Positions 48,204-62,650 of a stretch of 64,000 nucleotides of DNA are shown piece after piece (position 1 is the stretch's first letter; each line of letters opens with the position of its first letter). A program made the position numbers and the translations under genes. This DNA is from Macrostomum lignano (lineage: Eukaryota): positions 1 through 64,000 of the forward strand of contig NIVC01001091.1 of NCBI GenBank assembly GCA_002269645.1, written 5' to 3'. A model generated the notes under the pieces. That model was not told where the DNA came from, searched no databases, and saw nothing but the letters and a program-made list of their open reading frames with translations.

Positions 48204-48569
48204 ATTGGCTGAGAGCTGGAATCTGGGGTGGGGTGGGGGGTTCATCACCAAGTGAGGGGAGGCCCCACTGATCCGGCTTTGGCTGGAAGGCCGCAAATCC
48301 CAGGCAGGCAGCAGCAGCAGCAGCAGCAGGTATAAGAGCCGAGCCTCCATCCCGCACTCTCACCCTCACGCGACTCTCTTCTCTGTCGTTATATTTCAGT
48401 TCGCTTTCAAGATTAAAGCTTAAAGCCTGAACCCTAATTTCTCATATTGCATCTGTCAAAGAGAAAGCTAGGTTTTGGCGCAAGGAGGTCGCGCCTGAGT
48501 TAGAGAATAAAAGAAGCCGGGAGGTCGAGCAGGAACCGCATCATCAAAGCGAGAGAGGAAAAAATTTCG
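48204..48569 (+). promoter_or_regulatory. Putative Pol II promoter and non-coding first exon of an unidentified gene
   Basis: CTGATTGGCT (48204-08), TATAAG (48331-36), pyrimidine-rich start region, donor CG|GTGAGT at 48570, possible acceptor GCAACAG|49411. Confidence 0.45.
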
Positions 48570-48888
48570 GTGAGTCGGCAATTTTGTCATATCAATTTTT
48601 TTTTCTTAATTAAGCTCTTTCTTCTCCTATTCTTTGTGATCAAGCGCGCTTGCTTGAGCCAGTGGCGTTTCTAAAAATCTTTTTTCATTAAAGCAACTTG
48701 CTTCCAGGCAAAGCAAAGTAGCAGGTGAGAGAGTTGATACAAATGAATATCTAGGGGGGGGGGTTCATGAACAGGCAATTGCCTTCATTGAAGCTTTCTA
48801 TCGTTGGCTTGAAAACAAATTTTATAAATTTATCTCATTCCTGAGATTTCAAATTAACTGATTTATCATGTGTTTGGGTTTATAGAGT

Positions 48889-49385
48889 GACTGGTTAATA
48901 GAGTGACTGGTTTATGGAGTGACTGGTTTATGGAGTGACTAGTTTATGAAGTGACTGGTTTATGGAGTGACTGGTTTATGCAGTGACTGGTTTATGAAAC
49001 GACTGGTTTATGGAGTGACTGGTTTATGGAGTGACTGGTTTATGGAGTGACTGGTTTATGGAGTGACTGGTTTATGCAGTGACTGGTTTATGCAGTTACT
49101 GGTTTATAGAGTGACTGGTTTATGGAGTGACTGTTTTATAGAGTGACTGGCTTATGCAGTTACTGGTTTATGGAGTGACTGGTTTGTAGAGTGACTTTTA
49201 TGGAGTGACTGGTTTATAGAGTGACTGTTTTATGGAGTGACTGGTTTATAGAGTGACTGTTTTATGGAGTGACTGGTTTATAGAGTGACTGTTTTATGGA
49301 GTAACTGGTTTATAGAGTGACTGGCTTATGGAGTGACTGTTTTATAGAGTGACTGGTTTATGGAGTGACTGGTTTATAGAGTGAT
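48889..49385. repeat. 16-bp minisatellite (GAGTGACTGGTTTATG)
   Basis: Direct reading. Confidence 0.95.
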
Positions 49386-49639
49386 ACGTTTATAATGTCT
49401 GTTGCAACAGGTGATCCTGCTGAGGGACAGCTGACAAGACTACAGAGTAAAAAGTTCCCTGAAAGCTGTGAACTACAAATTAGCTGGCTTTTTCACGCTT
49501 TACACTCCATGCGACTTGAAAAGGAGAAAAAGTAGCGCTGGTTTCTTAGAAATCGTATCCGCAAATCGATACTTGATAAAAAGTTCATCAAAGTAGGTTT
49601 TTTAGAGTTATAAAGGCTGAGATTTAGGAAATAAAGTCC

Positions 49640-51432
49640 AATGAGGTGAGATTTCGGAACATAAGTCTAAAGGTGAGATTTAGTAGCCAAACTCTAAGGG
49701 ATGAGATTTGCGTGCTGAAGTCTAAAGGTGAGATTTTGAAGTAGAACTCGGGTGAGATTTTGAAGCAGAACTCTAAGGGGTGAGACTTTGAAGTAGAACT
49801 CTAAGGGGTGAGATTTTGAAGTAGAACTCTAAGGGGTGAGACTTTGAAGTAGAACTCTGAGGGTGAGAAATTTTGAAGCAAAACTCTAAGTTGTGAGACT
49901 TTGAAATCGAAGTTTGAGGGGTGAGTAGAACTCTCAAGGGTGAGATTTGATTACCAAACTCTAAGGAGTGAGATTTGATTATCAAACTCTAATTGGTGAG
50001 ATTTGATTACCAAAGTGTAAGGGGTGAGATTTGATTATCAAACTCTAAGGAGTGAGATTTGATTATCAAACTCTAATTGGTGAGATTTGATTACCAAAGT
50101 GTAAGGGGTGAGATTTGATTATCAAACTCTAAGGAGTGAGATTTGATTACCAAACTCTAAGGAGTGAGATTTGATTACCAAAGTCTAAGGGTTGAGATTT
50201 GATTACCAAACTCTAAGGAGTGAGATTTGATTACCAAACTCTAAGGAGTGAGATTTGATTATCAAACTCTAATTGGTGAGATTTGATTACCAAAGTGTAA
50301 GGGGTGAGATTTGATTATCAAACTCTAAGGAGTGAGATTTGATTACCAAACTCTAAGGAGTGAGATTTGATTACCAAACTCTAAGGGTTGAGATTTGATT
50401 ACCAAACTCTAAGGAGTGAGATTTGATTACCAAACTCTAAGGAGTGAGATTTGATTACCAAACTCTAAGGAGTGAGATTTGATTACCAAACTCTAAGGGT
50501 TGAGATTTGATTACCAAACTCTAAGGAGTGAGATTTGATTACCAAACTCTAAGGAGTGAGATTTGATTACCAAACTCTAAGGAGTGAGATTTGATTACCA
50601 AAGTCTAAGGGTTGAGATTTGATTACCAAACTCTAAGGAGTGAGATTTGATTACCAAACTCTAAGGAGTGAGATTTGATTACCAAACTCTAAGGAGTGAG
50701 ATTTGATTACCAAACTCTAAGGAGTGAGATTTGATTACCAAACTCTAAGGAGTGAGATTTGATTACCAAACTCTAAGGAGTGAGATTTGATTACCAAACT
50801 CTAAGGAGTGAGATTTGATTACCAAACTCTAAGGAGTGAGATTTGATTACCAAACTCTAAGGAGTGAGATTTGATTACCAAACTCTAAGGAGTGAGATTT
50901 GATTACCAAACTCTAAGGAGTGAGATTTGATTACCAAACTCTAAGGAGTGAGATTTGATTACCAAAGTCTAAGGGGTGAGATTTGATTACCAAAGTCTAA
51001 GGAGTGAGATTTGATTACCAAACTCTAAGGAGTGAGATTTGATTACCAAACTCTAAGGGGTGAGATTTGATTACCAAAGTCTAAGGAGTGAGATTTGATT
51101 ACCAAACTCTAAGGAGTGAGATTTGATTACCAAAGTCTAAGGGGTGAGATTTGATTACCAAAGTCTAAGGAGTGAGATTTGATTACCAAACTCTAAGGAG
51201 TGAGATTTGATTACCAAACTCTAAGGGGTGAGATTTGATTACCAAAGTCTAAGGAGTGAGATTTGATTACCAAAGTCTAAGGGGTGAGATTTGATTACCA
51301 AACTCTAAGGGGTGAGATTTGATTACCAAAGTCTAAGGAGTGAGATTTGATTACCAAAGTCTAAGGGGTGAGATTTGATTACCAAAGTCTAAGGAGTGAG
51401 ATTTGATTACCAAAGTCTAAGGGGTGAGATTT
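49640..51432. repeat. 28-bp satellite (GATTTGATTACCAAACTCTAAGGAGTGA), about 60 units
   Basis: Direct reading; degenerate left edge, homogeneous centre. Confidence 0.96.
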
Positions 51433-52084
51433 AAAATCGCTAAAAATTTCCAGTAAAATTATTCCGCTGTGCATCGAAGCATAGCGAGCCGAGTTCTCGG
51501 AGCACAGAGGCTTGCCACCTCATCTTCCCGTTGCCAGGCCGCAGTTTCCATTCTGAGCTAATAATTTCAACATTCCTTTAAATCAACTTTGAGCTGAGAT
51601 TTTCCCAGTCTCCCCTCGGAATGTTCAATCGAATTGCAGGCTCAGTCAGTTTTTCAAGTTTAAGCCGTAAGCCCAGCAGGCAACCGCTAATCCTGCCCAA
51701 GCCTGCTAGGGGGAGATAATCCCCGCCCGAGGAGGGAGAAGTGCATGGGGAATGTCCACCGGTTCAGCCGAGCAATCCAATTCCCAGGCTCAGACTTTGG
51801 AACATAGAAATTAATTAGTTGCCAGGTGCGAAGCAGTTTCTAATCGTCATCGAAATGAGCTTGTAAAGCGAGGCTGCACCTGTTCCCTTTATGCGGCTAA
51901 ATATGAACTCCCGGGACTGAAGGGGGGCGCGAAAATTGGAGAAAATTTTGGGATCGGGTTCGAGATCGAGGAGAGATTGGGAAAATTCACCGCATCAGTC
52001 TGCCATCGGCTTCGGCTTTAGTTCATGGCCTGAGATGAGGCTGGTGATAAACAGGACAGGTGCGAGACTGGAAAGAAGGGGAAC

Positions 52085-55000
52085 GGGGAAGACAGACAGA
52101 GATCAGACAGGGGCAGACAGAAAGACAGACAGAAATCAGACAGGGGCAGACAGAAAGACAGACAGAGATCAGACAGGGGCAGACAGAAAGCCAGACAGAA
52201 ATCAGACAGGGGCAGACTGACAGACAGACAGAGATCAGACAGGGGCAGACAGACAGACAGACAGATATAAGACAGGGGCGGACAGAAAGACAGACAGAGA
52301 TCAGACAGGGGCAGACAGAAAGACAGACAGAGATCAGACAGGGGCAGACAGAAAGACAGACAGAGATCAGACAGGGGCAGACAGAAAGACAGACAGAGAT
52401 CAGACAGGGGCAGACAGACAGACAGAGACAGGCAGGGGGCAGACAGGCATGGGGCAGACAGGCATGGGGCAGACAGGCAGGGGGCAGACAGGCATGGGGC
52501 AGACAGGCATGGGGCAGACAGGCAGGGGCAGACAGGCATGGGGCAGACAGGCATGGGGCAGACAGGCATGAGGCAGACAGGCAGGGGCAGACAGGCAGGG
52601 GCAGACAGGCAGGGGGCAGACAGGCAGGGGGCAGACAGGCAGGGGCAGACAGGCAGGGGCAGACAGGCAGGGGGCAGACAGGCAGGGGGCAGACAGGCAG
52701 GGGCAGACAGGCAGGGGCAGACAGGCAGGAGCAGACAGGCATGGGGCAGACAGGCAGGGGGCTGACAGGCATGGGGCAGACAGGCATGGGGCAGACAGGC
52801 ATGGGGCAGACAGGCATGGGGCAGACAGGCAAGGGATACAGGCAGGAGCAGACAGGCATGGGGCAGACAGGCATGGAGCAGACAGGCATGGGGCAGACAG
52901 GCAAGGGATACAGGCATGGGGCAGACAGGCAGGGGGCTGACAGGCAGGGGATACAGGCAGGGGGCAGACAGGCATGGGGCAGACAGGCAAGGGATACAGG
53001 CAGGGGCAGACAGGCAGGGGGCTGACAGGCATGGGGCAGACAGGCAGGGGGCTGACAGGCAGGGGCAGACAGGCAGGGGATACAGGCATGGGGCAGACAG
53101 GCAGGGGCAGACAGGCAGGGGATACAGGCATGGGGCAGACAGGCAGGGGCTGACAGGCATGGGGCAGACAGGCAGGGGGCTGACAGGCAGGGGCAGACAG
53201 GCAGGGGATACAGGCATGGGGCAGACAGGCAGGGGGCAGACAGGCAAGGGATACAGGCAGGGGCAGACAGGCAGGGGGCTGACAGGCATGGGGCAGACAG
53301 GCAGGGGGCTGACAGGCAGGGGGCTGACAGGCAGGGGATACAGGCATGGGGCAGACAGGCAGGGGGCAGACAGGCAGGGGATACAGGCATGGGGCAGACA
53401 GGCAGGGGGCTGACAGGCATGGGGCAGACAGGCAGGGGGCTGACAGGCAGGGGGCAGACAGGCATGGGGCAGACAGGCAGGGGGCTGACAGGCAGGGGGC
53501 TGACAGGCAGGGGGCTGACAGGCAGGGGATACAGGCATGGGGCAGACAGGCAGGGGGCTGACAGGCATGGGGCAGACAGGCAGGGGGCTGACAGGCAGGG
53601 GGCAGACAGGCATGGGGCAGACAGGCAAGGGATACAGGCAGGGGCAGACAGGCAGGGGGCTGACAGGCATGGGGCAGACAGGCAGGGGGCTGACAGGCAG
53701 GGGCAGACAGGCAGGGGATACAGGCATGGGGCAGACAGGCAGGGGCAGACAGGCAGGGGATACAGGCATGGGGCAGACAGGCATGGGGCAGACAGGCAAG
53801 GGATACAGGCAGGGGCAGACAGGCAGGGGGCTGACAGGCATGGGGCAGACAGGCAGGGGGCTGACAGGCAGGGGCAGACAGGCAGGGGATACAGGCATGG
53901 GGCAGACAGGCAGGGGGCAGACAGGCAGGGGATACAGGCAGGGGCAGACAGGCAGGGGGCTGACAGGCAGGGGATACAGGCATGGGGCAGACAGGCAGGG
54001 GGCTGACAGGCATGGGATACAGGCAGGAGCAGACAGGCAGGGGGCTGACAGGCATGGGGCAGACAGGCAGGGGGCTGACAGGCAGGGGCTGACAGGCGGG
54101 GATACAGGCATGGGGCAGACAGGCAGGGGGCTGACAGGCATGGGGCAGACAGGCAGGGGGCTGACAGGCAGGGGGCAGACAGGCATGGGGCAGACAGGCA
54201 AGGGATACAGGCAGGGGCAGACAGGCAGGGGGCTGACAGGCATGGGGCAGACAGGCAGGGGGCTGACAGGCAGGGGCTGACAGGCAGGGGATACAGGCAT
54301 GGGGCAGACAGGCAGGGGGCTGACAGGCATGGGGCAGACAGGCAGGGGGCTGACAGGCAGGGGGCAGACAGGCATGGGGCAGACAGGCAGGGGGCTGACA
54401 GGCAGGGGGCTGACAGGCAGGGGATACAGGCATGGGACAGACAGGCAGGGGGCTGACAGGCATGGGGCAGACAGGCAGGGGGCTGACAGGCAGGGGGCAG
54501 ACAGGCATGGGACAGACAGGCAAGGGATACAGGCAGGGGCAGACAGGCAGGGGGCTGACAGGCATGGGGCAGACAGGCAGGGGGCTGACAGGCAGGGGCA
54601 GACAGGCAGGGGATACAGGCATGGGGCAGACAGGCAGGGGGCAGACAGGCAGGGGATACAGGCATGGGGCAGACAGGCAGGGGGCTGACAGGCATGGGGC
54701 AGACAGGCAGGGGGCTGAGAGGCAGGGGGCAGACAGGCAGGGGCTGACAGGCAGGGGGCAGACAGGCATGGGGCAGACAGGCAGGGGCAGACAGGCAGGG
54801 GGCTGACAGGCAGGGGATACAGGCATGGGGCAGACAGGCAGGGGGCTGACAGGCATGGGGCAGACAGGCAGGGGGCTGACAGGCAGGGGGCAGACAGGCA
54901 TGGGGCAGACAGGCAAGGGATACAGGCAGGGGCAGACAGGCAGGGGGCTGACAGGCATGGGGCAGACAGGCAGGGGGCTGACAGGCATGGGGCAGACAGG

Positions 55001-58000
55001 CAGGGGGCTGACAGGCAGGGGGCTGACAGGCAGGGGATACAGGCATGGGGCAGACAGGCAGGGGGCTGACAGGCATGGGATACAGGCAGGAGCAGACAGG
55101 CAGGGGGCTGACAGGCAGGGGGCTGACAGGCAGGGGATACAGGCATGGGGCAAACAGGCAGGGGATACAGGCATGGGGCAAACAGGCAGGGGGCTGACAG
55201 GCATGGGGCAGACAGGCAGGGGGCTGACAGGCAGGGGGCAGACAGGCATGGGGCAGACAGGCATGGGGCAGACAGGCATGAGGCAGACAGGCAGGGGCTG
55301 ACAGGCATGGGGCAGACAGGCAGGGGGCTGACAGGCATGGGGCAGACAGGCAGGGGATACAGGCATGGGACAGACAGGCAGGGGGCAGACAGGCAGGGGA
55401 TACAGGCATGGGGCAGACAGGCAGGGGGCTGACAGGCATGGGGCAGACAGGCAGGGGGCTGACAGGCAGGGGCAGACAGGCATGGGGCAGACAGGCATGG
55501 GGCAGACAGGCAGGGGGCTGACAGGCAGGGGGCTGACAGGCAGGGGATACAGGCATGGGGCAGACAGGCAGGGGGCTGACAGGCATGGGGCAGACAGGCA
55601 GGGGGCTGACAGGCATGGGGCAGACAGGCATGGGCAGACAGGCAGGGGCTGACAGGCAGGGGGCTGACAGGCAGGGGATACAGGCATGGGGCAGACAGGC
55701 AGGGGGCTGACAGGCATGGGGCAGACAGGCAGGGGGCTGACAGGCAGGGGGCAGACAGGCATGGGGCAGACAGGCAAGGGATACAGGCAGGGGCAGACAG
55801 GCAGGGGCTGACAGGCATGGGGCAGACAGGCAGGGGGCAGACAGGCAGGGGGCTGACAGGCAGGGGCAGACAGGCAGGGGATACAGGCATGGGGCAGACA
55901 GGCAGGGGGCTGACAGGCAGGGGCAGACAGGCAGGGGATACAGGCATGGGGCAGACAGGCAGGGGGCAGACAGGCAGGGGATACAGGCATGGGGCAGACA
56001 GGCATGGGGCAGACAGGCAAGGGATACAGGCAGGGGCAGACAGGCAGGGGGCTGACAGGCAGGGGGCAGACAGGCAGGGGGCTGACAGGCAGGGGCAGAC
56101 AGGCAGGGGATACAGGCATGGGGCAGACAGGCAGGGGGCAGACAGGCAGGGGATACAGGCATGGGGCAGACAGGCAGGGGGCTGACAGGCATGGGGCAGA
56201 CAGGCAGGGGGCTGACAGGCAGGGGGCAGACAGGCAGGGGGCTGACAGGCAGGGGGCTGACAGGCAGGGGATACATGCATGGGGCAGACAGGCAGGGGGC
56301 TGACAGGCATGGGGCAGACAGGCAGGGGGCTGACAGGCAGGGGCAGACAGGCAGGGGATACAGGCATGGGGCAGACAGGCAGGGGGCTGACAGGCAGGGG
56401 CAGACAGGCAGGGGATACAGGCATGGGGCAGACAGGCAGGGGGCAGACAGGCAGGGGATACAGGCATGGGGCAGACAGGCATGGGGCAGACAGGCAAGGG
56501 ATACAGGCAGGGGCAGACAGGCAGGGGGCTGACAGGCAGGGGCAGACAGGCAGGGGATACAGGCATGGGGCTGACAGGCAGGGGATACAGGCATGGGGCA
56601 GACAGGCAGGGGGCTGACAGGCATGGGGCAGACAGGCATGGGGCAGACAGGCAGGGGGCTGACAGGCAGGGGGCTGACAGGCAGGGGATACAGGCATGGG
56701 GCAGACAGGCAGGGGGCTGACAGGCATGGGGCAGACAGGCAGGGGGCTGACAGGCAGGGGCAGAAAGGCATGGGGCAGACAGGCAAGGGATACAGGCAGG
56801 GGCAGACAGGCAGGGGGCTGACAGGCATGGGGCAGACAGGCAGGGGCTGACAGGCAGGGGCAGACAGGCAGGGGATACAGGCATGGGGCAGACAGGCAGG
56901 GGGCAGACAGGCAGGGGATACAGGCATGGGGCAGACAGGCATGGGGCAGACAGGCAAGGGATACAGGCAGGGGCAGACAGGCAGGGGGCTGACAGGCATG
57001 GGGCAGACAGGCAGGGGGCTGACAGGCAGGGGCAGACAGGCAGGGGATACAGGCATGGGGCAGACAGGCAGGGGGCAGACAGGCAGGGGGCTGACAGGCA
57101 GGGGGCAGACAGGCAGGGGGCTGACAGGCAGGGGGCAGACAGGCATGGGGCAGACAGGCAAGGGATACAGGCAGGGGCAGACAGGCAGGGGGCTGACAGG
57201 CATGGGGCAGACAGGCAGTGGGCTGACAGGCAGGGGCAGACAGGCAGGGGATACAGGCATGGGGCAGACAGGCAGGGGGCTGACAGGCATGGGGCAGACA
57301 GGCAGGGGGCTGACAGGCAGGGGCAGACAGGCATGGGGCAGACAGGCAGGGGGCTGACAGGCAGGGGGCTGACAGGCAGGGGATACAGGCATGGGGCAGA
57401 CAGGCAGGGGGCTGACAGGCATGGGGCAGACAGGCAGGGGGCTGACAGGCAGGGGATACAGGCATGGGGCAGACAGGCAGGGGGCTGACAGGCATGGGGC
57501 AGACAGGCAGGGGGCTGACAGGCAGGGGGCAGAAAGGCATGGGGCAGACAGGCAAGGGATACAGGCAGGGGCAGACAGGCAGGGGGCTGACAGGCATGGG
57601 GCAGACAGGCAGGGGGCTGACAGGCAGGGGCAGACAGGCAGGGGATACAGGCATGGGGCAGACAGGCAGGGGGCAGACAGGCAGGGGATACAGGCATGGG
57701 GCAGACAGGCATGGGGCAGACAGGCAAGGGATACAGGCAGGGGCAGACAGGCAGGGGGCTGACAGGCATGGGGCAGACAGGCAGGGGGCTGACAGGCAGG
57801 GGCAGACAGGCAGGGGATACAGGCATGGGGCAGACAGGCAGGGGGCAGACAGGCAGGGGGCTGACAGGCAGGGGCAGACAGGCAGGGGCTGACAGGCAGG
57901 GGGCAGACAGGCATGGGGCAGACAGGCAAGGGATACAGGCAGGGGCAGACAGGCAGGGGGCTGACAGGCATGGGGCAGACAGGCAGTGGGCTGACAGGCA

Positions 58001-61000
58001 GGGGCAGACAGGCAGGGGATACAGGCATGGGGCAGACAGGCAGGGGGCTGACAGGCATGGGGCAGACAGGCAGGGGGCTGACAGGCAGGGGCAGACAGGC
58101 ATGGGGCAGACAGGCAGGGGGCTGACAGGCAGGGGGCTGACAGGCAGGGGATACAGGCATGGGGCAGACAGGCAGGGGGCTGACAGGCATGGGGCAGACA
58201 GGCAGGGGGCTGACAGGCAGGGGGCAGACAGGCATGGGGCAGACAGGCAAGGGATACAGGCAGGGGCAGACAGGCAGGGGGCTGACAGGCATGGGGCAGA
58301 CAGGCAGGGGGCTGACAGGCAGGGGCAGACAGGCAGGGGATACAGGCATGGGGCAGACAGGCAGGGGGCAGACAGGCAGGGGCTGACAGGCAGGGGGCAG
58401 ACAGGCATGGGGCAGACAGGCAGGGGGCTGACAGGCAGGGGGCTGACAGGCAGGGGATACAGGCATGGGGCAGACAGGCAGGGGGCTGACAGGCATGGGG
58501 CAGACAGGCAGGGGGCTGACAGGCAGGGGGCAGACAGGCATGGGGGCTGACAGGCAGGGGGCTGACAGGCAGGGGATACAGGCATGGGGCAGACAGGCAG
58601 GGGGCTGACAGGCATGGGATACAGGCAGGAGCAGACAGGCAGGGGGCTGACAGGCATGGGGCAGACAGGCAGGGGGCTGACAGGCAGGGGGCTGACAGGC
58701 AGGGATACAGGCATGGGGCAAACAGGCAGGGGGCTGACAGGCATGGGGCAGACAGGCAGGGGGCTGACAGGCAGGGGGCAGACAGGCATGGGGCAGACAG
58801 GCAAGGGATACAGGCAGGGGCAGACAGGCAGGGGCTGACAGGCATGGGGCAGACAGGCAGGGGGCTGACAGGCATGGGGCAGACAGGCAGGGGATACAGG
58901 CATGGGGCAGACAGGCAGGGGGCAGACAGGCAGGGGATACAGGCATGGGGCAGACAGGCAGGGGGCTGACAGGCATGGGGCAGACAGGCAGGGGCTGACA
59001 GGCAGGGGGCAGACAGGCATGGGGCAGACAGGCATGGGGCAGACAGGCAGGGGGCTGACAGGCAGGGGGCTGACAGGCAGGGGATACAGGCATGGGGCAG
59101 ACAGGCAGGGGGCTGACAGGCATGGGGCAGACAGGCAGGGGGCTGACAGGCAGGGGGCAGACAGGCATGGGGCAGACAGGCAAGGGATACAGGCAGGGGC
59201 AGACAGGCAGGGGGCAGACAGGCAGGGGGCTGACAGGCAGGGGGCTGACAGGCAGGGGATACAGGCATGGGGCAGACAGGCATGGGGCAGACAGGCAGGG
59301 GGCTGACAGGCATGGGGCAGACAGGCAGGGGGCTGACAGGCAGGGGGCAGACAGGCATGGGGCAGACAGGCAAGGGATACAGGCAGGGGCAGACAGGCAG
59401 GGGGCAGACAGGCAGGGGGCTGACAGGCAGGGGGCTGACAGGCAGGGGATACAGGCATGGGGCAGGCAGGCAGGGGCTGACAGGCAGGGGATACAGGCAT
59501 GGGGCAGACAGGCATGGGGCAGACAGGCAAGGGATACAGGCAGGGGCAGACAGGCAGGGGGCTGACAGGCATGGGGCAGACAGGCAGGGGGCTGACAGGC
59601 AGGGGCAGACAGGCAGGGGATACAGGCATGGGGCAGACAGGCAGGGGGCAGACAGGCAGGGGATACAGTCATGGGGCAGACAGGCAGGGGGCTGACAGGC
59701 ATGGGGCAGACAGGCAGGGGGCTGACAGGCAGGGGGCAGACAGGCATGGGGCAGACAGGCAAGGGATACAGGCAGGGGCAGACAGGCAGGGGGCTGACAG
59801 GCAGGGGCAGACAGGCAGGGGATACAGGCATGGGGCTGACAGGCAGGGGATACAGGCATGGGGCAGACAGGCAGGGGGCTGACAGGCATGGGGCAGACAG
59901 GCAGGGGCTGACAGGCAGGGGCAGACAGGCATGGGGCAGACAGGCAAGGGATACAGGCAGGGGCAGACAGGCAGGGGGCTGACAGGCATGGGGCAGACAG
60001 GCAGGGGGCTGACAGGCATGGGGCAGACAGGCAGGGGGCTGACAGGCAGGGGATACAGGCATGGGGCAGACAGGCAGGGGCTGACAGGCATGGGATACAG
60101 GCAGGAGCAGACAGGCAGGGGGCTGACAGGCATGGGGCAGACAGGCAGGGGCTGACAGGCAGGAGGCTGGCAGGCAGGGGATACAGGCATGGGGCAAACA
60201 GGCAGGGGGCTGACAGGCATGGGGCAGACAGGCAGGGGGCTGACAGGCAGGGGGCAGACAGGCATGGGGCAGACAGGCAAGGGATACAGGCAGGGGCAGA
60301 CAGGCAGGGGGCTGACAGGCATGGGGCAGACAGGCAGGGGGCTGACAGGCATGGGGCAGACAGGCAGGGGGCTGACAGGCAGGGGGCAGACAGGCAAGGG
60401 ATACAGGCAGGGGCAGACAGGCAGGGGCAGACAGGCAAGGGATACAGGCATGGGGCAGACAGGCAAGGGATTCAGGCAGGGGCAGACAGGCAAGGGATAC
60501 AGGCAGGGGCAGACAGGCAAGGGATACAGGTAGGGGCAGACAGGCAAGGGATACAGGCAGGGGCAGACAGGCAAGGGATACAGGCAGGGGCAGACAGGCA
60601 AGGGATACAGGCAGGGGCAGACAGGCAAGGGATACAGGTAGGGGCAGACAGGCATGGGGCAGACAGGCAGGGGCAGACAGGCAGGGGCAGACAGGCAAGG
60701 GATACAGGCAGGGGCAGACAGGCAAGGGATACAGGCAGGGGCAGACAGGCAAGGGATACAGGCAGGGGCAGACAGGCAAGGGATACAGGTAGGGGCAGAC
60801 AGGCATGGGGCAGACAGGCAGGGGCAGACAGGCAGGGGCAGACAGGCAGGGGCAGACAGGCAAGGGATACAGGCAGGGGCAGACAGGCAAGGGGCAGACA
60901 GGCAGGGGCAGACAGGCAGGGGCAGACAGGCAGGGGCAGACAGGCAGGGGCAGACAGGCAAGGGATACAGGCAGGGGCAGACAGGCAAGGGATACAGGTA

Positions 61001-62650
61001 GGGGCAGACAGGCATGGGGCAGACAGGCAAGGGATACAGGCAGGGGCAGACAGGCAAGGGATACAGGCAGGGGCAGACAGGCAAGGGATACAGGCAGGGG
61101 CAGACAGGCAAGGGATACAGGCAGGGGCAGACAGGCAAGGGATACAGGTAGGGGCAGACAGGCATGGGGCAGACAGGCAGGGGCAGACAGGCAGGGGCAG
61201 ACAGGCAGGGGCAGACAGGCAAGGGATACAGGCAGGGGCAGACAGGCAGGGGCAGACAGGCAAGGGGCAGACAGGCAGGGGCAGACAGGCAGGGGGCTGA
61301 CAGGCAGGGGCAGACAGGCAGGGGCAGACAGGCAAGGGATACAGGCAGGGGCAGACAGGCAAGGGATACAGGCAGGGGCAGACAGGCAAGGGATACAGGC
61401 AGGGGCAGACAGGCAAGGGATACAGGCAGGGGCAGACAGGCAGGGGGCTGACAGGCATGGGGCAGACAGGCAGGGGCAGACAGGCAAGGGATACAGGCAT
61501 GGGGCAGACAGGCAAGGGATTCAGGCAGGGGCAGACAGGCAAGGGATACAGGCAGGGGCAGACAGGCAAGGGATACAGGTAGGGGCAGACAGGCAAGGGA
61601 TACAGGCAGGGGCAGACAGGCAAGGGATACAGGCAGGGGCAGACAGGCAAGGGATACAGGCAGGGGCAGACAGGCAAGGGATACAGGTAGGGGCAGACAG
61701 GCATGGGGCAGACAGGCAGGGGCAGACAGGCAGGGGCAGACAGGCAAGGGATACAGGCAGGGGCAGACAGGCAAGGGATACAGGCAGGGGCAGACAGGCA
61801 AGGGATACAGGCAGGGGCAGACAGGCAAGGGATACAGGTAGGGGCAGACAGGCATGGGGCAGACAGGCAGGGGCAGACAGGCAGGGGCAGACAGGCAGGG
61901 GCAGACAGGCAAGGGATACAGGCAGGGGCAGACAGGCAAGGGGCAGACAGGCAGGGGCAGACAGGCAGGGCAGACAGGCAGGGGCAGACAGGCAGGGGCA
62001 GACAGGCAAGGGATACAGGCAGGGGCAGACAGGCAAGGGATACAGGTAGGGGCAGACAGGCATGGGGCAGACAGGCAGGGGCAGACAGGCAGGGGCAGAC
62101 AGGCAAGGGATACAGGCAGGGGCAGACAGGCAAGGGATACAGGCAGGGGCAGACAGGCAAGGGATACAGGCAGGGGCAGACAGGCAAGGGATACAGGTAG
62201 GGGCAGACAGGCATGGGGCAGACAGGCAGGGGCAGACAGGCAGGGGCAGACAGGCAGGGGCAGACAGGCAAGGGATACAGGCAGGGGCAGACAGGCAGTG
62301 GCAGACAGGCAAGGGGCAGACAGGCAGGGGCAGACAGGCAGGGGCAGACAGGCAGGGGCAGACAGGCAGGGGCAGACAGGCAAGGGATACAGGCAGGGGC
62401 AGACAGGCAGGGGCAGACAGGCAAGGGGCAGACAGGCAGGGGCAGACAGGCAGGGGCAGACAGGCAGGGGCAGACAGGCAGGGGCAGACAGGCAAGGGAT
62501 ACAGGCAGGGGCAGACAGGCAGGGGCAGACAGGCAAGGGGCAGACAGGCAGGGGCAGACAGGCAGGGGCAGACAGGCAGGGGCAGACAGGCAAGGGATAC
62601 AGGCAGGGGCAGACAGGCATGGGGCAGACAGGCATGGGGCAGACAGGCAC
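52085..62650. repeat. 10.5-kb compound G-run satellite built from 13-15-bp units (GGGGCAGACAGGCA, TGGGGCAGACAGGCA, GGGGGCTGACAGGCA, RGGGATACAGGCA)
   Basis: Direct reading; begins with a 33-bp GACA-derived unit at 52085-52430. Confidence 0.97.
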
